64,000 bases of DNA, from the NCBI GenBank assembly GCA_963775895.1, contig CAVZKL010000010.1, forward strand, positions 58,265 to 122,264. Direction: 5' to 3'. Below, in pieces: positions 1 through 10,449 of this stretch. This DNA is from Candidatus Bathyarchaeota archaeon. Lineage in GTDB: Archaea; Thermoproteota; Bathyarchaeia; Bathyarchaeales; Bathycorpusculaceae. The notes under the pieces are model-generated. The model ran no database searches, had not been told where the DNA came from, and saw only the letters and a list, made by a program, of their open reading frames with translations. Position 1 is the stretch's first letter, and every line of letters begins with the position of its first letter. A program made the position numbers and the translations under genes.

Positions 1-369
1 CTTGAGGCCTTCAGTGTCTCCGAGCTGATCTAACCATTTCAGCGCTTCGCGGGCTTTCTGCAGTACCAGGAGTCTTTCCTGATGGCTGCGTACGACCTGT
101 TCTATCGCTGTCAGTTCATGGAACGGGTTTGCGTCGAGGACTATGCTCAAGGAGCCGATTGAGATTTCTCCCAAGCTTTCTGACGTGGCCTTCTTGCCCG
201 CCAGTTTCATGACTACCTCATGTATCTTCTTCGATTTTTCGGCTAGCGCTCTGATATCGTCCAATCGACGTAAATACTCGCCTAGCCTACTTTTCGTTTC
301 GGAGATTTCTTTATCCATCGTTTCTGCAATTTCTTCTGCTGAACCGTACTCTTTTATTGCAACTGCCAT
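1..369 (-). CDS. Hypothetical helical/coiled-coil protein, runs off window start
   Basis: Open minus frame from ATG at 369 (MAVAIKEYGSAEEIAETMDKEISETKSRLGEYLRRLDDIRALAEK...) with GGAGGTG RBS at ~379-385. Confidence 0.7.
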   Translation of the reverse strand, partial: MAVAIKEYGSAEEIAETMDKEISETKSRLGEYLRRLDDIRALAEKSKKIHEVVMKLAGKKATSESLGEISIGSLSIVLDANPFHELTAIEQVVRSHQERLLVLQKAREALKWLDQLGDTEGLK

Positions 370-458
370 TTTTCATTACACCTCCAATTTTGGAAACAAA
401 GGGAAACTGGGGAACTTTTTTTTAACCCTACCCCCCAATTCGATACGCAAAGGGGAAA

Positions 459-894
459 CTAGCTGGGCGCTGTTGCAGTGTACAGGAATGGTTGCCTTTC
501 GATGATCTAGTTCGACTTGGTAGCTGTAGCCGTTGGCACAATCTGCAGTCGTGTATGTTCAATTACGTGTCCTGGTTGGCTGGTATGCTCGCGGCAGTCC
601 AAGCTGGGGTTGCCGTTGAAGACAGGTTTGGTCCATTGTTCATGTGACTTCGTTTATCGTGACTGGATTCGTGCCAGTGTTTTTGCAACGTTATGGTTAT
701 CAGGCTGTTGACTGCGCCGGTCTGGGAAATTGCAGGTTTGTGATGTTGACTTGCTCTGTTGCCATGAAGTTGAATGTTAGGGCTCCCATCCATGCTGCGA
801 CGGCGATGCTGACTGCGACTGTGACTGCGATGAGGATGATTGATGCTACTACGGGGCTTAGGGCTTTTCTGCTTTTGTTCATTTTTCTTTTCAT
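459..894 (-). CDS. Archaeal type IV pilin/archaellin-like protein (several frameshifts)
   Basis: Class III signal peptide RKA|LSPVVASIILIAVTVAVSIAV; continuation (NTGTNPVTINEV...NGYSYQVEL) is spread over several frames. Confidence 0.8.
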
Positions 895-1090
895 CCCTCC
901 TTTTGGGACTGGTATGTATGCTAGGGGAAGTGACAGATTTAAATCTTACGACTTACTACACCAGATTACTCATTTGCCAGAAACTGTAGAACACCAATAC
1001 TCTCAATCTCAGTACAAGCATCAGAATAACGATTAAAGAAACATCTGGGAAGAAAGTGTGCAACAGCAGCGATTACGTATGCTCGTAGGC

Positions 1091-1429
1091 TTACGATTCC
1101 AGTTGATCGAAAAACTCAAGCAAGAGCTTCGCGACTTTCTCGCCCAACTCCGTCTTCTTGTAGAGTTTCTTCAACGGATCGATCTTTTCGCTCTTAGCAA
1201 GGCCAAGCTGTTCAATCTCGATCATCCGCGCGCGGAAGGTTCCATCGCTTAAAGTCAACTTGTTTTCACGCATGAAATCCTTTGCTTCCTTCCATTTCCC
1301 GCGGTTCATGTGGAGCAGTAGTAAGCAGTCTATGGAATGGTCTTTTTCGAGCATCGCCTTTATCGCTGCCAACCTTTCATCCGTCAATACGTGTTTTGCC
1401 TTCTCCATTTCTCGATCTGTTTTCATCAT
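1091..1429 (-). CDS. Winged-helix DNA-binding protein
   Basis: LSDGTFRARMIEIEQLGLAKSEKIDPLKKLYKKTELGEKV wHTH pattern. Confidence 0.65.
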   Translation of the reverse strand: MMKTDREMEKAKHVLTDERLAAIKAMLEKDHSIDCLLLLHMNRGKWKEAKDFMRENKLTLSDGTFRARMIEIEQLGLAKSEKIDPLKKLYKKTELGEKVAKLLLEFFDQLES

Positions 1430-1648
1430 TACACCCGTTCTGTCATTTTCTGCTATCTGATTATACCGTACATCCTTAAAAGATTTAACCTATATTACGA
1501 TTTATGACTTATTATACCGTTTTATAGCTTAATGAAAATGGGCTGGAAATGGTGGACTTTGTTGCATGTGAAAGGTGTGGACCCTGCTCAGAATCCAAAC
1601 GTTAAATAGACAATTTGACGGTACACTTAGAAAGCTGCGAGTGGGAAG

Positions 1649-2938
1649 ATGCTGGATGTAAAGCTCATTCGAGAGAACCCCGAACTAGTCAGGACCAACT
1701 TGAGCAAGAGGGGAGATCCTCAAATTCTGAAAATGCTTGACGACCTGATCACTGGCGATCGCGATTGGCGTCAATCATTGACAAAACTCAACGATCTTCG
1801 GCACGAAAGAAGAAAGGCAACGGCCGACGTTGCTGTCGCAAAGAAGAAAGGCAAGACTGCGAACGATGAAATATCGAAAGCAAAGAACATCGACGCCGAA
1901 ATCACGAAGCTGGAAAAGCAGGTGGACGCGTTCGAACAGCAAATCCACGGCTACCTGATGCGTCTGCCAAACCTTCTCCACGAATCGGTTCCGTTTGGCA
2001 AGGATGAGAACGACAACGTTGAAGTGAAAAAGTGGGGCACCCCGCCGAAGTTCAGCTTCCCCGTAAAAGATCACATTGACTTGGGAACCAAACTGGACAT
2101 AATCGACATCGAAAGAGCGGGAAAAATCGCTGGATCAAGGTTTTTCTACCTGAAGGGAGCGGCTGTTCTTCTCGACATTGCTCTCGTCAACCTCGCGTTG
2201 GACGAGCTGTTCGCTAAAGGCTACACCGCGGTTGAGCCACCTTATTTCATGAGGAGAAAACCCTACGAAGGAGTCGTGGCTCTCAGCGATTTCGAAGACG
2301 TGCTCTACAAGATCGAAAACGAAGACCTTTACCTGATCGCCACTTCGGAGCATCCGATGGCCGCAATGTACATGGATGAAGTGTTAATGAGCGAAAATCT
2401 GCCTCTGAAACTTTGCGGATTCAGCACTAACTTCAGAAAAGAGGCTGGCGCACACGGAAAGGACACGCGTGGAGTGTTCCGCACTCATCAGTTCAACAAG
2501 ATCGAACAGTTCATTTTCTGCAAACCTGAAGACTCGTGGAAACTGCATGAAGAGCTCCTTCGGAACGCTGAAGACCTTGTGCAGAAACTCGGTCTGGCTT
2601 ATCGAGTCGTGAACGTTTGCACCGGCGACATCGGCACCGTCGCGGCGAAGAAGTATGATGTCGAAGCCTGGATGCCCGCGCAGAACGCGTACAGAGAAAT
2701 CATTTCTTGCAGTAACTGCACGGATTACCAGACAAGGAGACTGAACATCAAGTATCGGGACAAAGAGGGTGAAGCTCCGAAGGGATTTGTGCACACTCTG
2801 AACTCCACTGCTCTGGCCACTGGACGAACGATGGTTGCGCTGATCGAGAACTATCAGCAAGAAGACGGGTCAATAGTCATTCCTGAAGCTCTGAGGAAGT
2901 ACATGAGCGGTATAAAGAAAATAAGTGCAAAACGGTAA
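1649..2938 (+). CDS. serS: Seryl-tRNA synthetase
   Basis: MLDVKLIREN start, coiled-coil arm, LIATSEHP, FRKEAG, HQFNKIEQF, EIISCSNCTDYQ, HTLNSTA. Confidence 0.97.
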   Translation: MLDVKLIRENPELVRTNLSKRGDPQILKMLDDLITGDRDWRQSLTKLNDLRHERRKATADVAVAKKKGKTANDEISKAKNIDAEITKLEKQVDAFEQQIHGYLMRLPNLLHESVPFGKDENDNVEVKKWGTPPKFSFPVKDHIDLGTKLDIIDIERAGKIAGSRFFYLKGAAVLLDIALVNLALDELFAKGYTAVEPPYFMRRKPYEGVVALSDFEDVLYKIENEDLYLIATSEHPMAAMYMDEVLMSENLPLKLCGFSTNFRKEAGAHGKDTRGVFRTHQFNKIEQFIFCKPEDSWKLHEELLRNAEDLVQKLGLAYRVVNVCTGDIGTVAAKKYDVEAWMPAQNAYREIISCSNCTDYQTRRLNIKYRDKEGEAPKGFVHTLNSTALATGRTMVALIENYQQEDGSIVIPEALRKYMSGIKKISAKR

Positions 2939-2988
2939 ACCTTTTAATACTATGACGTGAACTCTCAAGCTGCATTCGGAGGATCAAC

Positions 2989-3597
2989 GTGTCTTCAAAG
3001 ACCAAGCGCGTTCGCGATAAGTGGCGAGGAAAAGCATGGTACATGGTGCTGTCTCCACCTTATTTCGGAAGCGTCGAATTGGGATCCGTGCCAGCGGAAG
3101 AGCCTGAGAAGCTGGTTGGAAGAGTGGTTGATTCGACACTTTATGACATTACGAATGATTTTGCTCACCAGTACTTGAAGATGCGTTTCCAGATAAACGA
3201 AGTCGATGGTAAGACTGCGAAGACGATGTTTAAGGGGCATGAGTATTCAAGAGATTATCTGCGCAGTCTCGTTCGGAGAAGGACGACGAAGGTTGACGGT
3301 CTTTTCGGCGTCATGACGAAAGACGGGTTCACGCTGAGAGTGGCCGTGAGTGCTTTCACGCTTTCGAGAATAAAGACTTCGCAGGAAAAAGTCGTGCGCG
3401 CGATCATGAACAGAATCATTAAGGAAAAAGCTGCGGCACTGACTATGGATCAGTTTGCGCAGGAGATGGTTCTCGGAAAGATCGCGTCGGACATATACAA
3501 CGAAGCGAAGAAGATTGCTCCTTTGAGGCACGTTGGGATTCGGGGTTCCAAGGTTGTGACACAGGCGTCGCAGCTGCAGGCTCCAGAGGCTGCCTAG
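2989..3597 (+). CDS. rps3ae: 30S ribosomal protein S3Ae (eS1)
   Basis: RDKWRGKAWY, GHEYSRDYLRSLVRRRTTKVD, KIAPLRHV. Confidence 0.95.
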   Translation: MSSKTKRVRDKWRGKAWYMVLSPPYFGSVELGSVPAEEPEKLVGRVVDSTLYDITNDFAHQYLKMRFQINEVDGKTAKTMFKGHEYSRDYLRSLVRRRTTKVDGLFGVMTKDGFTLRVAVSAFTLSRIKTSQEKVVRAIMNRIIKEKAAALTMDQFAQEMVLGKIASDIYNEAKKIAPLRHVGIRGSKVVTQASQLQAPEAA

Positions 3598-3600
3598 TTT

Positions 3601-4143
3601 TTAGGCTTTGAGGTTTTTCCCGTACTCAAACCCTTTTTCAAAAGCAGTCAAGTTTAGTTCTTCTGTACCCTTCGGTATGTTCTCCTTGATTGATTCTTTT
3701 ATGGAGTCTTCGTCCAGAAGTTTTGTTATGGAGACGAAAGCGCCGAGCATGACGATGTTTGCAACTATTCTCCTGCCCAGTTGATCCGCGATCTTTGTGG
3801 CTGGCACTCGATAGACCTTCACGTTCTCCAGTTTCTTTTCCTTGGGTATCATTTCGGAATCTATGATCAATGTTCCGCCCCGTTTGATGTCATCTGCGTA
3901 CTCGTTGTAAGCCTGTTGAGACATGACTACAAGCACGTCGGGTTGAACAACCTTCGGGAAGTCTATTTCTGCGTCAGAAATCACGACTTCAGACTTGCAG
4001 GCGCCTCCCCTCGATTCAGGACCATAAGATTGTGTTTGCACCGAATTTTTTCCTGCGTGTATCGATGCCGCGGCGGCTACTATGATTCCTGACTTGATTA
4101 TGCCTTGTCCGCCGAAGCCTGCGAACCTGACCTCGATTCTCAT
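3601..4143 (-). CDS. korC: 2-oxoacid:ferredoxin oxidoreductase gamma subunit
   Basis: FAGFGGQGII, QSYGPESRGG, ANIVMLGA. Confidence 0.9.
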   Translation of the reverse strand: MRIEVRFAGFGGQGIIKSGIIVAAAASIHAGKNSVQTQSYGPESRGGACKSEVVISDAEIDFPKVVQPDVLVVMSQQAYNEYADDIKRGGTLIIDSEMIPKEKKLENVKVYRVPATKIADQLGRRIVANIVMLGAFVSITKLLDEDSIKESIKENIPKGTEELNLTAFEKGFEYGKNLKA

Positions 4144-4144
4144 T

Positions 4145-4990
4145 TCAGCTCACCTTTTCAATCGCTTTTTCGTTGATCTTCGATATTTTCTCATGGAGCA
4201 GCTTCTCATAGCTGAGCTTCTCGATGTCCACGAACTCGCCGACCGGTATTTTGTCGGCGCCTATTTCGGCTTTCGCGGGGTCTGAGAAGTTTTCAACCAC
4301 GGATGCCCTCTTGAACCAGCTCATCATTTCAAGTCCCGAGCGCATCTTGTTGTGGCGGCCGTAGATTTCTGGACACTGCGTGAGCACTTCGACGAAGCAG
4401 AACCCTTCCTTCTGCATCATCTTTTTGATCGACTGCGTCAACCTTCGCACGTGCAGCGTGGTCCATCTGGCTACGTAGGTGGAACCTGAAGCAGCTGCCA
4501 GGTGCACGAGGTTGAAGGGGTGTTCGATGTTTCCGTAGGGACTCGTGGCGGTCAATGCTTCAAGCGGCGTCGTTGGGCCCTGCTGCCCTCCGGTCATGCC
4601 GTAGTTGAGGTTGTTGGCGCAGAGGACCTTTATTCCCATGTTTCTTCGTGCCGCGTGTATGAAGTGGTTTCCTCCTATCGCAAAGAGGTCACCGTCACCG
4701 CTTATGACCACAACTTCCAGTTCAGGGTTCGCCAGTTTCACTCCGGTGGCGAACGCCAACGCTCTTCCGTGCGTGGTGTGGAACGAGTCTGCGTTTACGT
4801 ATCCTGCTGTTCTTCCGATGCATCCGATTCCTGAGACTACGACGAGCTTGTCTAAGTCAAACTTCAACTCGTCTAGGGCATGGGTGAAACAGTTGAGCAC
4901 GATTCCGTTGCCGCAACCGGGGCACCAGATGTGGGGGATCACGTCGGCTCTTAGATACTTTGAAAACGGGTGTACTGTTTCCAGCGTCAT
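4145..4990 (-). CDS. korB: 2-oxoacid:ferredoxin oxidoreductase beta subunit (TPP-binding)
   Basis: WCPGCG, SGIGC, HTTHGR, GDGD...NN, YGMTGGQ. Confidence 0.92.
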   Translation of the reverse strand: MTLETVHPFSKYLRADVIPHIWCPGCGNGIVLNCFTHALDELKFDLDKLVVVSGIGCIGRTAGYVNADSFHTTHGRALAFATGVKLANPELEVVVISGDGDLFAIGGNHFIHAARRNMGIKVLCANNLNYGMTGGQQGPTTPLEALTATSPYGNIEHPFNLVHLAAASGSTYVARWTTLHVRRLTQSIKKMMQKEGFCFVEVLTQCPEIYGRHNKMRSGLEMMSWFKRASVVENFSDPAKAEIGADKIPVGEFVDIEKLSYEKLLHEKISKINEKAIEKVS

Positions 4991-6136
4991 TTAGCCGAGC
5001 CTCCTTATTCCTTCAAGGATCTCCATCGGTGTGTGCGGCTCCTCTCCGAGTTTGGAGAGAAAAGTCACTGGAGTCTCTTTTGCCACTCTCTCCACTTCTC
5101 GGACCAGTTGTCCGCAGTTCATTTCAGGGACGAGGATTCCGTGAACTTGTTTTGCGACTTTTGCCACGTTCTCGTCTGGGAATGGCCAGATCGTGATCAA
5201 CCTTAACAATCCTGCTTTGATTCCGTTTTCTCTTGCTTTTCTCACAGCGCTCAGTGCAGCACGGGCGACTATTCCGTAGGCGACGACCGCGACTTCCGCG
5301 TCGTCGAGCATGATCTCTTCAATCCTGATGATTTTGTTGGCGTTGTTCTGGATTTTTTGGCAGAGTCGATTGACAAGTTCGGACTGGACTCGAGAGCTCG
5401 AAGTCTTGGGATAACCGTTTTCGTCATGCGTTAAGCCTGTAGCATGGAAATGGTATCCCTCTCCGAAGCACGCCATAGGCGGAACCAGATCGGCATCGGG
5501 TTTGAAGGCTTTGTATTCTTCAGGAAGAACTTGAGGTTTTTTGCGGTTGATTATCTTGACTTTGTCCATGGGGGGGATCACGACTTTTTCCCACATGTGG
5601 CCAACGATTTCGTCTGCCATGAGCAGAGTGGGAACGCGGTAGGTTTCGCTGAGGTTGAAGGCTTCTATCGTCAGGTTGAACATCTCTTGCACGGAGGATG
5701 GGGTTAACGCTATGATTCCGTAGTCTCCGTGAGAGCCCCATTTTGCCTGCATGACATCCTGTTGTCCCGGCATCGTCGGCTGCCCAGTGCTCGGTCCGCC
5801 CCGCATGACATCCACGATCACGCAGGGAGCTTCCGTCATGACTGCGAGTCCTATGTTTTCCTGCATCAGACTGAAGCCCGGTCCCGACGTCGCGGTCATC
5901 GCCTTCAGCCCAGAGTAGGATGCGCCTATTATTGCTGCCATTGAAGCGATTTCATCCTCCATCTGAACGTATATTCCGCCGAGTTCAGGCAGTCGTTGAG
6001 ACAGATGTTCCGCGATTTCGGTTGCGGGCGTAATTGGGTAACCTGCGAAGAATCTGCAACCGGCGATCAGTGCGCCCTCAGCGCATGCCAGGTCGCCATT
6101 CATGAAATGCGGTCCGGTGAGTATGTTTTTTGGCAT
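4991..6136 (-). CDS. korA: 2-oxoacid:ferredoxin oxidoreductase alpha subunit
   Basis: FAGYPITPATE, QMEDEIAS, TSGPGFSLM, RGGPSTG. Confidence 0.92.
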   Translation of the reverse strand: MPKNILTGPHFMNGDLACAEGALIAGCRFFAGYPITPATEIAEHLSQRLPELGGIYVQMEDEIASMAAIIGASYSGLKAMTATSGPGFSLMQENIGLAVMTEAPCVIVDVMRGGPSTGQPTMPGQQDVMQAKWGSHGDYGIIALTPSSVQEMFNLTIEAFNLSETYRVPTLLMADEIVGHMWEKVVIPPMDKVKIINRKKPQVLPEEYKAFKPDADLVPPMACFGEGYHFHATGLTHDENGYPKTSSSRVQSELVNRLCQKIQNNANKIIRIEEIMLDDAEVAVVAYGIVARAALSAVRKARENGIKAGLLRLITIWPFPDENVAKVAKQVHGILVPEMNCGQLVREVERVAKETPVTFLSKLGEEPHTPMEILEGIRRLG

Positions 6137-6137
6137 T

Positions 6138-6422
6138 CTAATTCTCCTTCACTTTTTGATTCTTCTTTTCCTCCACGAAGATTGCGAAGTCTGGGCAGAC
6201 TGCGGTGCAGAAGCCGCACATTATGCATTTGCTTTCGTCCACGATTCTCGGAGGATGCACGCCTCTTGCGTTTATTTCATCAGACTCCTCGAGAACTTTT
6301 CGCGGGCAATACTCTATACAATATCCGCATCCTTTACACTGATCTTTAATCAAATGAATTTCGGCTTTCGTTTGCACCAGCTTTTCTTTGTCCAAGGGTG
6401 GGTGTCGAATTCTCTCGGGCAT
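6138..6422 (-). CDS. korD: 2x[4Fe-4S] ferredoxin, OFOR delta subunit
   Basis: CKGCGYCIEYCP and CIMCGFCTAVCP. Confidence 0.88.
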   Translation of the reverse strand: MPERIRHPPLDKEKLVQTKAEIHLIKDQCKGCGYCIEYCPRKVLEESDEINARGVHPPRIVDESKCIMCGFCTAVCPDFAIFVEEKKNQKVKEN

Positions 6423-6424
6423 TC

Positions 6425-8858
6425 CTAATTACCTTCCAAAGCTTTCTCGAACACTTTTTGGGCTTTCTCGATTTCTTCAGGCTTGACCTTTTCAACTATT
6501 GTCTTCATATCACGAATCTTCGTGGCAAATTTCTCGCCTTCCGCAGCTGAGGCCCACAGGAGTTGAAGTCGTTCCTTGTTCAGCCCGCTTTGCTCCATTT
6601 TTTTCCACATTCGTTCTACGCGTTTCTGCGTTTGAATGTTAGCGTTTATGTAGTGACAGTCTCCGATGTGACAGCCACTCACCAAGACGGCGGCGGCACC
6701 TCTGGCGAAGGCCCTTTCAATGAATTTGGTCGAGACTCTTCCTGAGCACATCGTTCTGATTATGCGCGCGTGCGGTGGATACTGCATTCTGCTCACTCCT
6801 GCGAAATCCGCGCCCGCGTAAGAGCACCAGTTGCAGCAGAAAGCAACGGTTTTCTTGTCTGCATCATGCTCGGTAACCGCGTCTATCTGTGCAATGATTT
6901 GTTCGTCCGTGAAATGACTCTGTGTTAAGGCCCCGAAGGTGCATTCGGCTGCGCACGTTCCACATCCGCCGCATGCGGCTTCGATCACTGTTACTCTTTT
7001 CTTGTCTTTGTCAAGCGTTATCGCGTTGTAGGGACAGACTTTAACGCACAATCCACAGGCTTTGCATTTCTCTGGGAAAGATATCGGCGTGATGGCTTCC
7101 ACGGTCACTTTTCCCTGTGCCATCAGTATGCCCGCGCGTCCCGCTGCCGCGCTCGCCTGGGTGACGCTGTCCTTGATGTCCTTAGGGCGACTCTGCACAG
7201 CCAGCGAAGAATATTCCGCCCGTTGCAGCGTCCACGGGTCTCAGTTTCGGATGAGCTTCCAGGAAGAACCCGTCTTGGTTCCTTGACAGCGTCAGCAACC
7301 GCTGGATCATTTCGCTGTCTTTTCTGGCTTCTAGACCAATCGAGAGGATCACCATGCCCGCGCTCGTCTTGTAGATTTCCTTTCTCAGGGTGTTTTCCCC
7401 GATCAGCCACAAGTCGTGAGTTCTCTTGTCCTCCTTTATCTCGGCTGGCAGTCCTCGGATGAAGACGACACCTTCTTTCCTGGCTCGTTTGTACAGGTCT
7501 TCGAAGCCTTTTCCGTAGGCTCTTATGTCAACGTAGAAGACGTAGATCTCGGTCTCGGGCCAGTGTTCTTTAATGAGCAGGCTGTCTTTGATGGTGTTCA
7601 TGCAGCAGACGTTGCTGCAGTAAAGTTTGCCACTCTTTTCTGAGCGTGAGCCGACACATTGGACGAATGCGACTCTTTTGGGGATTTGTTTGTCGCTGGG
7701 GCGAATGAGATGACCGCCTGACGGGCCGCCCGCGTTGATGAGTCTTTCAAATTCCAGTGACGTGATGACGTTTGGGAATTTGCCGTAGCCGTAATCGGGT
7801 AAGATGGAAGGGTCGAAGACGTCTGCGCCTGTTGCGACCACTATGGTGCCCACTTCTATTTCTTGAGTCTCAGGCTTCATTTCGAAGCTGATCGCTTGTC
7901 TTTCGCAGGCTTTTATGCACTTGTCGCAGACGACGACGCCGTCTTTGTTGAGGCAAAGGTTCATGTCGATTACGTACGTGGATGGAACTGCCTGTGCGAA
8001 AGGCGTGTAAATGCCGTGTCTAGTCGCCAGTCCAACGTCGAATTCGTTTGCAGTGACTATCGGACAGACTTTGACGCATTCTCCGCAGCCTGAGCAGTCT
8101 TTTGTTACGTATCGCGCCTTCTTCAACACTTTAACGTGGAAGTTTCCGATGTAGCCCTTCACTTCGGTGACTTCGCTGTTGGTCAAGAGTTCAACGTTTG
8201 GGTGATGACCCACGTCTGACATCTTTGGCGCCAGAATGCAAATCGAGCAGTCCATCGTGGGGAAAGTCTTGTCTATTCGCGCCATCATTCCGCCTATGCT
8301 CGGTTCTTTTTCAACCAAGTAGACTTTGTAACCCGTGTCTGCGAGATCAAGAGCAGCTTGAATGCCCGCCACTCCTGCGCCTATGACCAGCGTTCTTCGC
8401 GTTATCGGAACCTCTGCTTCTTCCGCGGGTTCGAGCAGGGTAGCTTTGGCCACCGCCATTTTCACTAGGTCTTTGGCCTTTTCCGTGGCAGCTTTGCGGT
8501 CGTAGAGGTGAACCCAACTGCAGTGTTCTCGGATGTTTGCCATCTCGAAAAGATACTTGTTCAACCCTGCATCTTCGCAAGCTTTCCTGAAGGTCGGCTC
8601 ATGAAGCCTCGGGGAACAGGAAGCAACGACAACTCGGTTGAGTTTGTGCTCCTTGATGTCTTTCTTTATTCCTGCTTGCCCTTGATCGGAGCAGGTGTAA
8701 CGATTGTCTTGAGCTAAGACGACGTGAGGAAGCCCAGCGGCGAATTTTGCCACTTCCTCGCAGTCGACGGAACCGGCGATGTTGAGACCGCAGTGACAAA
8801 CGTAGACGCCTATTCGAGGCTCGTCCTGCTTTGGTTCAGACTGTTGTTTCTCAGTCAC
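6425..8858 (-). CDS. hdrA: Heterodisulfide reductase subunit A fused to C-terminal MvhD domain (one frameshift near 7185)
   Basis: RIGVYVCHCG, CSPRLHEPTFR, ANIREHCSW, GAGVAG, KTFPTMDC, YCSNVCC, GCAESP/KDIKDSV across the shift, then MvhD FCCNWCSYAGAD, CSGRV, GCHIGDCHY. Confidence 0.92.
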
Positions 8859-8862
8859 TGGC

Positions 8863-10329
8863 TTAATCCTCCTTCATCGATTTCAGATAGTTTTCAATAG
8901 ATTCCGCGGCGCGTTTTCCATCGCGAATGGCCTCTATAACGGACGCAGGTCCGCTCACTGCATCGCCACCTCCGAAAAAGCCAGCAGCCGTGGTTTCCAT
9001 GGTCAACGGGTTGACCCAAAGCGTTCCATCGTCGTTGAGTTCAACGGCTTTGGGCAAGAAAGCCAAGTCCGGTACCTCACCTATCGCCAGAATCACTCTG
9101 TCCGCGTCGTGTTTGAATTCTGAGCCTTCTATAGGTATGGCTTTTTTGCGTCCACTTTCATCCGGTTCGTCAAGTTTCATTCGTACGCACTCGATGCCGC
9201 AGACTTTGTTATTGTCTCCCAGAATTTTCTTCGGAGAGACGAGAAACTCGATCTTTACTCCTTCATGCTCTGCTTCTTCAACTTCACGGGGGTTGGCAGG
9301 CATTTCATCCTTTGATCTTCGGTATAACACGGTTACTTCGGCCGCTCCAAGGCAACGAGCGGTTCTCGCCGCGTCAATAGCAACGTTGCCGCCTCCGATC
9401 ACGACGACTTTGTTGCCAACGTCAATCTTCTTGTCGAGGTTTGCGTCCCACAGGAAGTCAAGCGCGTAAGTCACGCCCTTTAATCCTGTGCCTTCCACCT
9501 TCAGTTTCTGGCTTTTGTGTGCTCCCGTGCTCACGAAGAAGGCTCTGTATCCTTCTTTCTTAAGGTCGTCAAAGGACATGTTCTTGCCGATTTCTGTGTT
9601 TGTTTTGAGTTCAACGCCGAGCGCTCGTATGAACTCTATTTCCTTGGCGACGAGTTTTTTCGGCAAGCGGTATTGAGGTATGCCTTTTCTGAGCATGCCA
9701 CCTGCTTCATGGAGAGCTTCGAAAACCGTAACATCGTATCGTTTTCGGCTCAATTCGTAGGCAGCTGCTAGTCCAGCTGGTCCAGAACCGATTACGGCAA
9801 CTTTCTGCTTTGACGATTTTGTTGTCTTGTCCTTCTTTTTTGTATCGAGCTGTTCCTCACGTAGTCTTTCAATCTTCTCGATGACTTCATCGGTTTTCAA
9901 TCCGGCTCTTTCTGGGTGATAACAGACGAGCGTCGCGACCAGTGGAAGGGGAACATTTTTCACGATTTTTTGAAGAGCTCGGTCGAATGCCTGAGTCTGC
10001 CCACGTTCGACGGCAGCTTTCCTCAGGGAAAGCAGTATCTCTGGCACTTTCAACCCTTGTGGGCACCGGTTGTAACATCGGTAGCACCACGCGCAAACCC
10101 AGATCGCCTCTGAACTCAGCGCTTCTTCAGGATTCGTGTATATGTCTTCAAGAAGTCTTCGGGGACCATACTCGTTTCCTAGCATCTCAGCCATTGAGCA
10201 ACTGGCCGTGCAGATGCCACATTCGAAGCAGTTCTTAAGCTTCTCGACGTCTAGGATTCGGTGACGAATTTCGCTTATTGTGGCTGTTGAGTTTTCCACG
10301 ATGGGTCCTACTGAATATTCGGTTGCCAA
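8863..10329 (-). CDS. HdrC-like 2x[4Fe-4S] domain fused to GltD/NfnB-like FAD/NAD(P) oxidoreductase
   Basis: CFECGICTASC and CAWCYRCYNRCP; then GSGPAGL, GIPQYRLP, GGGNVAID, YRR, GD...GP. Confidence 0.85.
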   Translation of the reverse strand: MATEYSVGPIVENSTATISEIRHRILDVEKLKNCFECGICTASCSMAEMLGNEYGPRRLLEDIYTNPEEALSSEAIWVCAWCYRCYNRCPQGLKVPEILLSLRKAAVERGQTQAFDRALQKIVKNVPLPLVATLVCYHPERAGLKTDEVIEKIERLREEQLDTKKKDKTTKSSKQKVAVIGSGPAGLAAAYELSRKRYDVTVFEALHEAGGMLRKGIPQYRLPKKLVAKEIEFIRALGVELKTNTEIGKNMSFDDLKKEGYRAFFVSTGAHKSQKLKVEGTGLKGVTYALDFLWDANLDKKIDVGNKVVVIGGGNVAIDAARTARCLGAAEVTVLYRRSKDEMPANPREVEEAEHEGVKIEFLVSPKKILGDNNKVCGIECVRMKLDEPDESGRKKAIPIEGSEFKHDADRVILAIGEVPDLAFLPKAVELNDDGTLWVNPLTMETTAAGFFGGGDAVSGPASVIEAIRDGKRAAESIENYLKSMKED

Positions 10330-10449
10330 AGATATAAAAGTTTACAAATGTAAAGGTTTTTTATGGACATCGAGGTTCGACTTGTCGTAAATACACATTT
10401 ATACGGTTTCATACACTAGACTACAATTCGAAAGGAGAAATCGTTCACT

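Noticed and set aside
382-460. ORB-like TCCAATTTTGGAAACAAAGGG suggesting a replication origin
   Set aside because: Overlaps the RBS of the adjacent gene, spacing differs from ORB consensus, and no cdc6 or AT-rich unwinding element is nearby.
1226-6771. Shorter GCGCGC(G) runs in coding sequence (about 1227, 3396, 6764)
   Set aside because: Explained by Arg/Ala codons and lack the full octamer and CTA tail; not counted as motif copies.
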